NCBI RefSeq assembly: GCF_044704955.1 | Contig: NC_091981.1 | Location: 163,370,001-163,434,000 of the forward strand | Direction of reading: 5' to 3' | Length of the DNA: 64,000 nt | Source of the DNA: Pristiophorus japonicus | Lineage: Eukaryota | Shown here: piece after piece, positions 26,601 to 39,451 of the stretch | Position numbering within the stretch: the stretch's first letter is position 1 | Layout: the number at the start of each line of letters is the position of its first letter | Made by a program: the position numbers and the translations under genes | The notes under the pieces: generated by a model | What the model saw: the letters and a program-made list of their open reading frames with translations, nothing else | The model's database searches: none | What the model was told of the DNA's origin: nothing

Positions 26601-28083
26601 TCGTTTAACACGATGCCTAAACAAAGTACTTAAACACAAAACAACATATGACTCAAATACAAAAACGCGGAGACATTGTACAGTGATTGTTGGTAAACAG
26701 CATCATAGTTCAATTTCTGATAACAACCGCTGCCCGTTAGTATTATTGCTTCTCTAGGTTACCACATCTCGAGTCTCTGCCACACTGATTGTAAGTGAAC
26801 ATTTTAAAATATAAATTGACAACCGCAGAAGCTCGAGGTTCCTGTTCTTTGACGTCCCACCTCCGATTAAAACCATGACAATACTTTATTTTGAATCGGA
26901 ATTTGTTGCTTTGAGCGACATAATCGATTATTTTTTTTAGTGCTTAAGCAGTCCCGAAAGTTTCCGTGTCTGTATATTAAGTAAAAATCCACGACTAGGC
27001 TCCAGACAGGGAATGTTATAATGTACATGGTAATAACAATATATTTTGAATTCAGACTGCCTTTTACTAATTTAAACAACGAATTTAATAAAAGACGATC
27101 ACACAACACACAATGAATGCAAATGTTTCCCAGAATCCCTGCATTTACATTATTAAACGATTTTCAGTGCTTTACTAAAATACTGTACTGTAGGAAGTAT
27201 AAATACACTTTTATGAAACACCAGTCAAAATGTTTACAATTGCACAAATGTACCAGTGTAGCTTTATCGTTCTTTAACAGCTCAGGTCTGGTTTATAAGC
27301 GTTATAAAGTCACCTTTGATAATACCTTCACTATTACCGGTCTTATACATAGCCTAACATATAAAATCAGATCTTTAAAAACTTTGGTTTTGGAGTTCTG
27401 TATTATATTTAATGGGACGGTGAGAATTAATTCCCAGAATTCATCATGTTACAACATAGAAACCATCCACTCTGGTTACTTTATATTGAAGACTGGATTT
27501 AGGAAGATGTGAGTGTTACCTACATCAACCGTATTCACGGATATGAAACAAGAAACAAGTAACAGCAAATGTTTCATGTTAGTTGGAACAGTGCACACGA
27601 AATGTATGCGTCTCCTTTTAGAAGATAGCGACTGATGCTGGCTTAATATCTGCAGTTACAAAACTCCCAACAAAAATAAACTGGCGCAAATACATATATA
27701 AACAAACGCGCGCAAAGAATTACTCGCGTTTTCTAACAATGCAAACCAAAAATCGAATTGGACACATGCTTATTTAAATCTGTTGGAACAAATTTACAAA
27801 AACAAAATAAATGCTTCCTTGCATTTGAATACAACGAGTCGTAGGAGAATTGTCCAGATTTTATGATCAACTGTGTGGATTAGAGCGCCACCTAACGACC
27901 ATCTTTAATACAACATATTTTATGATCAATTCAAACAACAGTCTTTTCCAAATTAACTTCATTTAAAAAGTATAATCTTTCATAATGCATATATGAAAAT
28001 ACCCGAGCTTTTAGAGTGCACCAAATTGTTTCAATAATTGGGATTTTGACACTCCATTTAAAATAAATTTGCTTCATGCCTAC

Positions 28084-31000
28084 TGTTATCTGTTATGGAT
28101 GTAACTATGTAATACTTGCCACCAGAGGGTGCGACTGTTGAAGTCCTAATGGTCACCTGCACACACGTGCAGGGCCAGTATAAAAGGTTGACTGCCATGT
28201 TGTTTAGGCACTCTGGAGTTGTAATAAAGAAGACTAAGGTCACACTAAGTTTAGCTCACAGTACTCAGCCTTGTGAAGTTCTTCTATACACAACAATTGG
28301 CGACGAATAACACAATATGAACCTTCACGCAACCATGGCTGCCATTGGAATATTAGAGAGATTCGTAGAGGGTGATGATTCGTGGCCAACGAGCTGGAGG
28401 GAGACACGAACACGGACAAGCGCAGGGCGGTTCTCCTCACCGTCTGTGGGCCTAAAATATATGGCCTCATCAAGAATCTGCTCACACTGAAAACCAATGG
28501 AGAAGGAATATACAGAGTTGTGCACGCTGGTTCAGGACCACCTCAAGCCGAAGGAGAGTATCCTCATGGCCAGATATCGTTTTTACATGCACCATCATTC
28601 CGGGGGACAGGACGTGGTGGATTATGTCACTGACCTGAGACGCCTCGTGGGACCTTGCAATTTTGGAGCTGCATTGGGGCAAATGCTGCGGGACTTTTTC
28701 ATGCTGGACATCAGCCACGAGGTCATTCTTCGAAAGCTGCTGGCTGCCAAAACCCTAGACCTGAACAGGGCCATTGCAATCACCCAGGCATGCATGGCCA
28801 TGGATGATAACACCAAACAGATATCTTCTCAACATCGAAGCTCACCGGCAAGTACTGTGCATAAAATAACGTCGCTATCAGGCTGAACTGCATATGGCTG
28901 GGCTTATACCTCTGCGGCTGCAAGACCTGTGATGACTCAGAGTCCGCCATCTTGGGTGAATGTGAATCCATTAGCATCATGTTGGCGCTGCAGGCCCATC
29001 AATGTTGATTCAACCACTACGTGTGCAAAGGCTGCGCAATGAGGGGGCACCTCTTGCGAATGTGCAAATGTGCTGCGATACACCACTTGGCAGAGGATGA
29101 GCAATCTGGCGCGGATCACGCAGCACAGGCAACTCAACCTAAGGAAGAAGTGTATGGGGTACATACCTTCACCACTAAGAGTCCTCCTATAATGCTGAAA
29201 GTCAAATTAAATGGAGTTCCAGTATCCATGGAGTTGGATACAGGTCCAATAATGAGCCAGAAGGCTTTTGAGAAACTGTGGGGCAATAGAGCCTGATTAA
29301 TGCAAAGCTGCGAACCTACACCAAAGAGCTCATACCAGTCATTGGAAGTGCAGCAGTGAAGGTATCATATGATGAAGCTGTGCATGACCTATCTTTGTGG
29401 ATTGTTCCAGGCAATGGCCCAATGCTGTTCGTCAGAAGCTGGCTAGAAAAGATTAGATGGAATTGGAACGATATCAAAGAACTTTCTTCAGTGGGTGATG
29501 CCTCGTGTGCACAAGTACTGAGCAAGTTTCCCTCACTATTCGAACCAGGCATTGGCAACTTCACAGGCACCAAGGTACAGATCTTTCTAGGCCCCGAGGC
29601 ATGGCCCATCCATCACAAGGCCCGGGCGGTTCCGTACATGATGAGGGAGAAAGTTGGGATCGAACTGGACAGACTCCAATGCGAAGGAATCATATCGGCA
29701 GTCGAGTTCAATGAGTGGGCCAGTCCAATTGTTCCGGTGTTGAAAAGCGATGGCATGGTCAGAATCTGCGAAGACTACAAAGTAACGATTAACCGAGTCT
29801 CACTACAGGACCAGTATCCACTGCCCAACGCGGATGGCCTGTTTGCAATGTTAGTGGGAGGAAAGTCATTCACCAAGTTGGACCTAACCTCTGCCTACAT
29901 GACACAGAAGCTGGCTGAATCTTCGAAAAGACTGATGTGCATCAACACACACAAAGGACTGTTTATATACCACAGGTGCCCTTTTGGGATTCACTCGGCT
30001 GCAGCCATTTTCCAGAGAAATAAGGAGAGTTTGCTGAAATCTGTTCTGCGCACCGTTTTGTTTCAAAACGACATCCTTACCACTGGTTGTGACACCATCG
30101 AACATCTACACAACCTGGAAGAGGTTCTAAGTTGCCTAGACAGAGTGGAACTCAGGCTGAAACGCTCCAAGTGTGTTTTTCTGGGGCCAGAAGTCGAATT
30201 TTTGGGGAGAAAGATTGCAGCAGACGGCATCAGGCCCATGGACTCAAAGACAGAGGCCATCAAGAATGCACCCAGACCACAGAATGTGATGGAGCTGTGT
30301 TTGTTCCTGGGACTCCTCAACTATTTCGATTAATTTCTACCCGGGTTGAGCACATTGTTAGAGCCTTTGCTACGTAAGGGTGACGACTGGGTTTGGGAAA
30401 AATCTCAAGACACAGCCTTTGAGAAGGCCAGGAACCTGCTATGTTCAAATAAGTTACTTGTATACTATGACCCATGTAAATGTTTAGTGCTAGCTTGTGA
30501 TGCCTCATCGTACGGGATCGGCTGTGTTACAGCAAGCTAATGTATCGGGCAACCTCCAACCGGTTGCATACGCATCTAGAAGTTTGTCTAAGGCTGAGAG
30601 AGCCTATAGTATGGTCGAGAAAGAGGCATTAACATGTGTATATGAAGTTAAGAAAATGCACCAATACCTATTTGGACTTCATTTTGAGCTTGAAACTAAC
30701 CACAAGCCACTCATTTCCCTGTTTTCCGAGAGCAAAGGTATAAATACCAATGCTGCATCCCGCATCCAAAGCTGGGCACTAACATTATCCGCCTATGACT
30801 ATGTTATCCGCCACAGACCAGGCACTGAAAACTGTTCTGATGCTCTCAGCTGACTACCATTATCCACCACTGGGGTTGAAATGGCGCAGCCCACAGAGTT
30901 GCTACTGGTCATGGATGCTTTTGAGAGTGAGGGGTCACCCGTCACAGCTCGCCAGATCAGGACCTGGACCAGCCAGGATCCTGTGCTATCATTAGTAAAG

Positions 31001-32499
31001 AGTTGCATCCTAAATGGGAACTGGTCGGCCGTTCCTGGGGAAATGCAAGATGAAATGTTCATCCAGTCGAATTGTCTCTTATGGGGTAATCGCATGGTTT
31101 TGCCAAAAAAAGGCAGGGAAACATTTATACGCGACCTACACAGTACCCACCCAGGCATTGTCATGATGAAGGCAATTGCTAGATCGTATGTTTGATGACC
31201 CGGCATTGACTTGGAATCATGCGTGCATCAGTGTAACACTTGCTTGCAACTGAGCAATGCACCAAGGCAGGCTCTATGGAGTCTGTGGTCATGGCCCTCC
31301 AAACCGTTTTCCAGGATCCATGTAGATTTTGCTGGCTCCTTTCTCGGAAAGATATTTTTAGTAGTTGTGGATGCTTACTCCAAATGGATTGAATGTGTAA
31401 TCATGTCATCCAGCACGTCCACAGCCAACATTGAAAGCCTCCGGCTATGTTCGCCACTCATGGCTTGCCTGACGTCCTTGTCAGTAACAATGGACTGTGT
31501 TTCACCAGCTCGGAATTCAACGAGTTTATGACCCATAATGGCATCAACCATGTCAGGTCTGCTCCGTTTAAGCCGCGTCTAACGGTCAAGCAGCGCGGGC
31601 AGTCCAAACAATCAAGCAGAGCATGAAACGCGTGACGGATGACTCCCTGCAGACTCGTTTGTCTCGCATTCTGCTCAGTTACCGGACGCGATTCCACTCG
31701 CTCACCGGGGTTCCCCCGGCAGAATTGTTAATGAAGAGAGCCCTCAAAACCAGGCTCTCCCTCGTCCACCCGGATCTTAATGATCACATGGAAACCCAGC
31801 GACACCGGCAGAACATGTACCACGATCGCGCGGCTATTTCACATGACATTGATGTTAACGACCCTGTGTTTGTCCTGAATTACGGTCATGGTCCCAAGTG
31901 GGTTGCTGGCGCTGTTTTGGCCAAGGAAGGGAATAGGGTGTTTATAATCAAACTGTTAAATGGCCAAATGTGCAGAAAGCATTTAGATCAGACCAAATTG
32001 TGATTTAGTGACAAACGGGAACGACTTGAAGAGGACATCACCATCGACGATCCACCAACACACACCCAACCAGCCTCGCTGTCAATCACGAGGATGAACC
32101 CACCGTTCCTGACAGTCTGGTCAGACCAGCCGTGGTGCAGTGCAGCAATGGTCCGGCCAACTCACACACGCCAGGGTTTGAACTTAGACGATCAACCAGG
32201 GAGCGAAGGGCTCCGGATCGCCTCAACTTGTAATAACTTGTACCGAAGACTTTGGGGGTGTGGGGGAGGGGGGGGGGGGGAGGGTGGGGAGTGAGGTTAT
32301 GTATGTAACTATGTAATACTTGCCACCAGAGGGTGCAACTGTTGGAGTCCTAATGGTCACCTGCACACACGTGCAGGGCCAGTATAAAAGGTTGGCTGCC
32401 ATGTTGTTTAGGCACTCTGGAGTTGTAATAAAGAAGACTAAGGTCACACTAAGTTTAGCTCACAGTACTCAGCCTCGTGGAGTTCTTCTATACACAACA
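28084..32499 (+). mobile_element. Full-length decayed Gypsy/Ty3 LTR retrotransposon (Mag-like), 4.4 kb
   Basis: LTRs 28091-28295 and 32295-32499; PBS TGGCGACGA (tRNA-Ser GCU); G-rich PPT; TSD CCTAC; gag, PR (ELDTG), RT, RH, IN (HPG, CHQC) in that order, with stops and frameshifts; RT motif degraded to FQND. Confidence 0.96.
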
Positions 32500-35400
32500 C
32501 CTACAGCATAATTTACTGAGCTAAAAAAGAGTTGCATTGGCCTATAACCAGCCCGTGATCTTGCTGTTTTGCATTAATTCATATCAATGTCAAAACACCA
32601 GGATCCACCAACCAAAACACGTCACAATGTTAAGATATAAAGCTTTCAACGCGATCGCAGATTTTCAGGAAAACAATAAACTATTTTAGCAGTCATTTAA
32701 AATACTCTTGAATTAAAATGCAATGTGATCTGTGCCGAGGTAACAGGATTCCATCACTAAACTGGAATCTGAGCTTCAGTGGGGATTAACGTGGATCTGT
32801 CGGCGCATAATTAGTGTGTTTCAAAGACCCCAAAACATCGGCCCTTACTTGAAGAATCAATCTATGTCTTACAACTTTCTGTAATTTCTAACTTGTATAC
32901 CAACGAGAACTATACAGGTCTTTAAACATCTCATAGGGGTGGTGATTTAAACATTTTCAGTTCTACTTAAAGGCAAGTTCTGTAGCATTGGATTTCATTG
33001 CATAATCTTGTGCTTTTTTACCATGAGTGTAAGGTTTTACAAGATTTCCGGAGTGGTGCATTTATACATTTTAAACAGTGAACTAAAAGGTGAGAGGGCA
33101 CTATTCTGCACTCTCAGCATTATTGTAAACGTAATACCCATTTTTTCGTTGCATTTAAAAAAAAACGCTCTCAATTTTATGAAGTGCAAGATGGAGGTAA
33201 CAAATTGCCTAAGCACCTCATACACCTGGCTTCACATCAGACTCGAGTTCTATTCCTCCCTGGAGAGTATCTGGCACCGCCTGGCTGTCGGGCACTTGAG
33301 AATCCTGACTCCCAAGTTATGCTATCATTTTGTGTCAACATGCATAAGAAGCCACTTCACATTGACCGTGGCCCAGGTTTATAAAATCAAGGAGTTCGAA
33401 CTGATTGTCTAAATAATTTTTAAACCTCTTTCACTCCAGATTGCAATTCTGTTCCATCTGATGTAAAGCTCGAGTGGAGTGGGGCAGCCTCCCTCACTTG
33501 TGCTTAAATTGGGGACTAATAGCTGAGTTATACTGGTACTTTAGTGTCAGTGCAGAATTATAACCACATCAATGCAAAAGTAGCAATGTATCTGCAGCCT
33601 AATTAAGCATCAGATTTTCCTGAATCTGAAAGAAAATTGAGGTTTGCTGTCATCCTTTATACTGGTGCTAATTTAGGAATATCAGGCTCTACTAGTATAA
33701 AGGATGCATTTTAAACAGTCCCAGAAATGTGGGGAGTAATTTTACCCTCACCCCACAACTGTCAGGAGGTGTGGGTTAAATTTGAAAAGAAAATGGGATA
33801 CCCGACCTCAATCCACCTTCTTCTTCTTAGGCAGTCCCTCGGAGTCGAGGATGACTTGCTTCCACACTAAAAATGAGTTCTCAGGTGACTGAAGAGTCCA
33901 ATGTGGGACCTACAGTCTCTGTCACAGGTGGGGCAGATGGTGATTGAAGGAATGGGATGCCATGCGCTCCTTCCGCTGTCGACGCTTGACTTCAGCTTGC
34001 TCTCGACGATGAAACTCGAGGTGTTCAGTGCCTTCCTGGTTGTTTTTCCTCCACTTTGAACAGTCTTGAGCCAAGGATTCCCAGGTGTCAGTGGGGATGT
34101 TACACTTTTTCAAGGAGGCTTTGAGGTTGTCCTTGAAATGTTTCCTCTGCCTACCTGGGGCTCGCTTGCCGCGTCGGAGCTCCGAGTAGAACACTTGTTT
34201 TGGGAGCCTCGTGTCAGGCATGTGGGCGATGTGGCCTATCCAACAGAGCTGGTCGAGCGTGGTAAGTGTTTCGATGCTGGTGATGTTGGCCTGAGCGAGA
34301 ACACTGATGTTAGTGCGCCTATCCTGCCAATGGATTTGCAGGATTTTGTGGAGGCAGCGTTGGTGCTACTTCTCCAGTGTTTTGAGGTGCCTGCTGTACA
34401 TAGTCCATGTCTCTGAACCATATAGGAGGGCAGGTATCACTACTGCTTGCTGAGGGTTAGATGGAGCATTGCAGGAAGGAAGATCGAGAAGAACATTGGT
34501 GCGATGACACAGCCTTGCTTGACCCCAGTTCGAACATCCATTGGCCAGGATCACGGCTTGCATGTCATCATGAAGCATGCGGAGGATGGTGACAAACTTA
34601 AGAGGGCAGCCAAAATGGGGGAGGACTCTCCATAATCCCTCATGGTTGATTGTGTCGAAGACCTTTGTAAGGTCAAAGAAGGCCATGTATAAAGGTTGGT
34701 GCTATATTTCCTGCATTTCTCTTGTAATTGCCGTGCGGTGAAGATCATGTCCTTTGTGCTCCCTAGTGGGCGGAATCCGCATTGCGACTCTGAGAGGAGC
34801 TCTTCAGCCACAGGGAAAAGGCGATTGAGGAGGATTCTTGCTATGACTTTCCCTGTGGCCGACAGCAGGGATTCTCCTCTGTAGTTACCGCAGTCAGACT
34901 TGTCACCTTTCTTGAAGATGGTCATGATTACGGCGTCTCTGAGATCTCCTGGCATGCTCTCCTCCTTCCAGATAAGAGAAATGAGGTTGTGTATTCGCGC
35001 CAATAGTGCTTCTCCGCCATGTTTTAGTGCTCCGATGGTGATTCCATCTGCTCCTGAGGCCTTGTTGTTTTTCAGCTGTCAGATGACTTTTTCTACCTCG
35101 TGCCAGACTCCGGTTGTGCTGAGATGGTGACAGGTAGCATGCTACGGGATGGAGTCGAGGACACTCGTCGAAGACAGAGTCTCGGTTAAGGAGATCTTTG
35201 AAATACTCCATCCAGCGGGCTCTGTTCTTGATGAGTACCTCTTTGTTGTTGGCCAGCAGTGGGATGGGGCCTTGGGGCTTGGGCCACAGGTGGTCTTGAC
35301 TGTGCTAAAGAACCCTCGCATGTCGTGGTTGTCGGCTAACTGCTGGATCTTCTGCGCTTTCTCCACCTGCCATCTGTTCTTTAGGTTGCGGGATTTTTGT

Positions 35401-35831
35401 TGTACCTCAGCCTTCAGCTGCTTTCTTGCTCTCGAGTTGTGTTGCTGTTTCAAGTTCAGACATGCCTGGCACTTGCGGCTTATTAGCTCCTGGATCTTTT
35501 GGTCGATCTCGTCGAACCAGTCTTGGTGTTTCTGGTCGAGTGACTGAGTGTCTCTTCGCCGGTGCTGCTTATGGAGGCCTTGGGGGCAGACCACGTGCTG
35601 TGGACACACTGCATCTCTGGGTCACCGGGAGTTACCAGGTTGGCAGTGAGGCGCTGGCTGAATAGGGCTTTCTTAGCAGGATATTTGAATGTCCCAGCGT
35701 TGATTTTCCTGCGGCATTGTTTCTGCTGCCGGCGCTGCTTTGGGGCTACATTAATGTTGATGACAGAACGGATGAAGCGGTGGTCCATCCAGCATTCGTC
35801 AGCTCCTGTCATGGCACGGATGATGCGCACA

Positions 35832-38800
35832 AGGGGAACAACGGACATGATCTTTGCAGCATGACAACTGCAGGAAAAATGCAGGGAGCAGCACCAGCCC
35901 TTATACATGGCCTTTTTCAACCTTACAAAGGCCTTTGACACTGTCGATCGTGAGGGCTTATGGAGCATCCTCCTCCGTTTTGGGTGCCCCCAAAAGTTTG
36001 TCAACGTCCTTCGCCTGTTCCACAATGACATGCAGGCTGTGATCCTTACCAGTGGATTCATTACAGGCCCATTCCACGTCCAAACTGGGGTCAAACAGGG
36101 CTGCGTCATTGCTCCAATCCTCTTTTCAATCTTCCTTGCTGCCATGCTCCACCTCACTGTCAACAAGCTCCCTGCCAGAGTGGAACTAAACTACAGAACC
36201 AGTGGGAAACTGTTTAACCTGCGCCGCTTCCAGGCCAGGTCCAAGACCACCCAAATCTCTGTCGTTGAACTGCAGTACATGGACGATGCCTGTATCTGCG
36301 CACATTCAGAGACTGAACTCCAGGATATAGTCAATGTATTCACCGAGGCATATGAAAGCATGGGCCTTACGCTTAACATCCAAAAGACAAAGGTCCGACA
36401 CCAACCTGTCTTCGCCGCACAGCACTGCCCCTCAGTCATCAAGATTCACGGCGTGGCTCTCGACAACGTGGACCATTTCCCATACCTCGGGAGCCTCTTG
36501 TCAACAAAGGCAGACATTGATGCGGTGATTCAACATCGCCTCCAGTGCGCCAGTACAGCCTTTGGCCGTCTGAGAAAAAGAGTGTTCGAAGACCAAGCCC
36601 TCAAACCTACCACCAAACTCATGGTCTACAGTAATTCCCGCCCTCCTATATAGGTCAGAGAGATGAACGACTTACAGAAGACACATCAAGTCACTGGAGA
36701 TATATCACCAACCTCTGTCTCCGCAAGATCCTTCAAATCCCCTGGGAGGGCAGATGCACCAACATCAGTGTCCTCACCCAGGCTAACATCCCCAGCAGTG
36801 AAGCACTGACCATGCTAGATCAGCTTTGTTGGGCAGGCCACTTAGTTCGCATGCCAGACATGAGACTCCCTAAACAACTGCTATATGCAGAGCTCTTTCA
36901 TGGCAAATGAGCCAACGAGCCAAAGGTGGGCAGCGGAAACTGTTATATATGAATAAAGAGTCTGACTGGATACTGTGAACCCAAAGTAAAGTGTGACAGT
37001 CTTTTATTGCAGGTCTCCAGAGTGCCTCTCCAGCCTGTGAGGCCTCCTTAAGTACCTGTGCTCCCAAGGGATTGTGAGGTCCCTTGGGACTCCGGGGATG
37101 AGCCCTCTGGTGACTGTACAAGGTATATGCAAGTTTACATACAAAACAATACTCCCCCTAAAGTCAACAGTGTAACTATTTACAAGGTGAGTCGATCTGG
37201 GGCGTTTCTTTCCCTGGTTGATCATCTCGGTGCAAATGCTGGTTTTGGTGAATTGTTTGTTGGGCCCTCGCTGGGCTGCTGTGCAACTGGCCTTGCTGGG
37301 CTGACTGGTGTGGTGAGTCCTGCTGGGCTGCTGCAGGTGATGGGTTCTGCTTCATGGCCAACCGTGGTGTCGGTTGCCACTGGTGTGTATGTTGGGGGGT
37401 CAAAGAAGGTAGGGTCCAAAGTGGGTTGCTCAGGATAGTCTGTGAATCTGAGTTTGATTTGGTCCAAGTGTTTCCGGTGAAAGAGTCCATTTGAAAATTT
37501 GACCTGAAACACCCTGCTCCCCTCTTTGGCCATAATAGTGCCAGGAAGCCACTTGGGACCTTGTCCATAATTCAATACAAATACAGGATCATTGATTTCA
37601 ATTTTGCGTGACACATTTATGCTATCATGATATGTTTGTTGAAGCCGCCTGCTCTTTACCTGTTCATATAGATCAGGTGAACTAATAGGATCAAATATGT
37701 TACATCTGCCCCGTTCAAAACCAGCATTTGCACCGAGACGATCTACCAGGGAAAGAAAGGCTCCAGATCGACTCACCTTGTAAATAGTTACATTGTTGAC
37801 TTGGGGGGGACGGGGGAAGTGTTGTTATGTATGTAAACTTATATATACAAGTTGACTATTTACAAGGTGAGTCGATATGTAAACTTGTATATACCTTGTA
37901 CAGCCACCAGAGGGCTCATCCCCTGGAGTCCCAAGGGATCCCACAATTCCTTGGGAGCGCAGGTATTTAAGGAGACCTCACAGGCTTGAGAGGCATTCTG
38001 GAGACCTGCAATAAAAGACTAAGGTCACACTTTATTTGAGCTCACAATATCCAGTCAGACTCTTTATTCAAACATAACAATTGGCGATGAGATACAGATG
38101 ATGAACCCAATGATGCAGAGAACAGTGGGCATCCTGGAGACATTTTTGGAGGGAGATGATTGGGAAACCTTCATGGAGCGACTCGACCAATACTTCGTGG
38201 CCAATGGGCTGGAAGGAGGAGCGAACGCTGCCAAACGAAGGTTGATTCTCCTCACCGTCTGTGGGGCACCAACGTATGGCCTCATGAAAAATCTGCTTGC
38301 TCCAGCGAAACCCACAGAGAAATCATATGATGATTTGTGCACACTGGTCCGAGAGCATCTGAACCCGAAAGAAAGCATTCTGATGGCAAGGTACCGGTTT
38401 TACACCTACAATTGTCTGAAGGCAAAGATGTGGCGAGTTATGTCGCTGAGCAAAAATGCCTTGCAGGACATTGTGAATTTGAAGGACATTTGGAGCACAT
38501 GCTCAGAGACTTTTTTGTACTTGGCATTGGCCATGAAGTGATACTTTGCAAACTTTTGACTGTAGAGACCCCAACCTTGAGTAAGGCCATAGTGATAGCC
38601 CAGCCATTCATTGCCACTAGTGACAAATACTAAGCAAATCTCTCAGCACGAGCGCTGCTCCAAGTTTACACACATAACAGAAATGGTACAACGACACCCT
38701 CAAAGCCTCCCTGGTGAAGTGCGACATCACCACTGATGCCTGGGAGACCCTGGCCTAAGACCGCCCTAGGTGGAGAAAGTGCATCCAGGAGGGCGTTGAG

Positions 38801-39018
38801 CTCTTCGGATCTCACGCTGCGAGCGTGAAGAGATCAGGTGCAGACAGCGGAAGGAGCTTGTGGTAAATCAGTGCCACCCCCAGCCTTCCCCCGACGAATA
38901 TCTGTCCCACCTGTGACAGGGTCTGTGGCTCTCATGTTGGACTGTTCAGCCACCAAAGAATTCACTTTAGGAGTGGAAGCAAGTCTTCCTCGATTTTGAG
39001 GGACTGCATATGATGATG
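35832..39018 (+). mobile_element. RTE-clade LINE (copy B), 5'-truncated, nested in copy A and interrupted by an LTR element
   Basis: TGVKQGCVIAP, LQYMDD, HFPYLGS; (ATG)n tail; TSD GATG(C/T)GCACA at 35822-35831 and 39019-39028. Confidence 0.92.
36941..38679 (-). mobile_element. Rearranged, internally inverted Gypsy LTR element
   Basis: Minus LTR 36941-37149 plus integrase C-terminus; plus-strand PPT-LTR-PBS-gag segment ~37715-38660; TG...CA outer ends; TSD GAAAC/GAAAT. Confidence 0.88.
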
Positions 39019-39451
39019 GATGTGCACATCCTTGCGGTCCTCGCTCGGACGATGACATAGTCGAGCAGATGCTATGCTTGGAGCAAGGGTGTGGCCATGA
39101 AGCCTTGTACTTATCTCTCTGATGGAACAAGGTGTTGGTGATGACAAGGCCATGTTCTCTGCATTTTGTCAGGAGCAGAGTATCGTTGGAGTTGAAAACC
39201 CACCACAAATGCACTGACTTCCGTTTTAAAGCGGGCGGTTTAGGGTCAGCCGAGTAACCCGGTCTACAGAGGCGGGTCGATAACCATAATATTTAAATGA
39301 GGCAGTGGTCCTCAGATTTTGTCATCAATTTAAATTTAACGTTGGCAGGCTGGGTTTCCTAAGATTTCCCAGGGCTTAGGAAACCCGGCAGTTAATGGGA
39401 GGCGGGAGCTGCCGACTGCAGCAGGTAAGTGATTTTCCAGCACTGCTTCAT

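Larger units (their letters stand above)
33818..39196 (-). mobile_element. RTE-clade LINE (copy A), split by a nested insertion at 35832-39018
   Basis: APE and RT remnants (LVITNTLFHQ, DCGNYRG, ESQCGFR, RLPKQVFYSEL); (AAG)n tail at the left end; imperfect TSD AATCCACC/AACCCACC. Confidence 0.9.

Noticed and set aside
29356-30333. Active Gypsy reverse transcriptase
   Set aside because: FQND catalytic lesion, premature stop and multiple frameshifts.
35483-36166. 227-aa novel ORF, or an inversion within a single RTE
   Set aside because: It is a chance read-through across the junction of two oppositely oriented RTE copies. The TSD shows a nested insertion, not an inversion.
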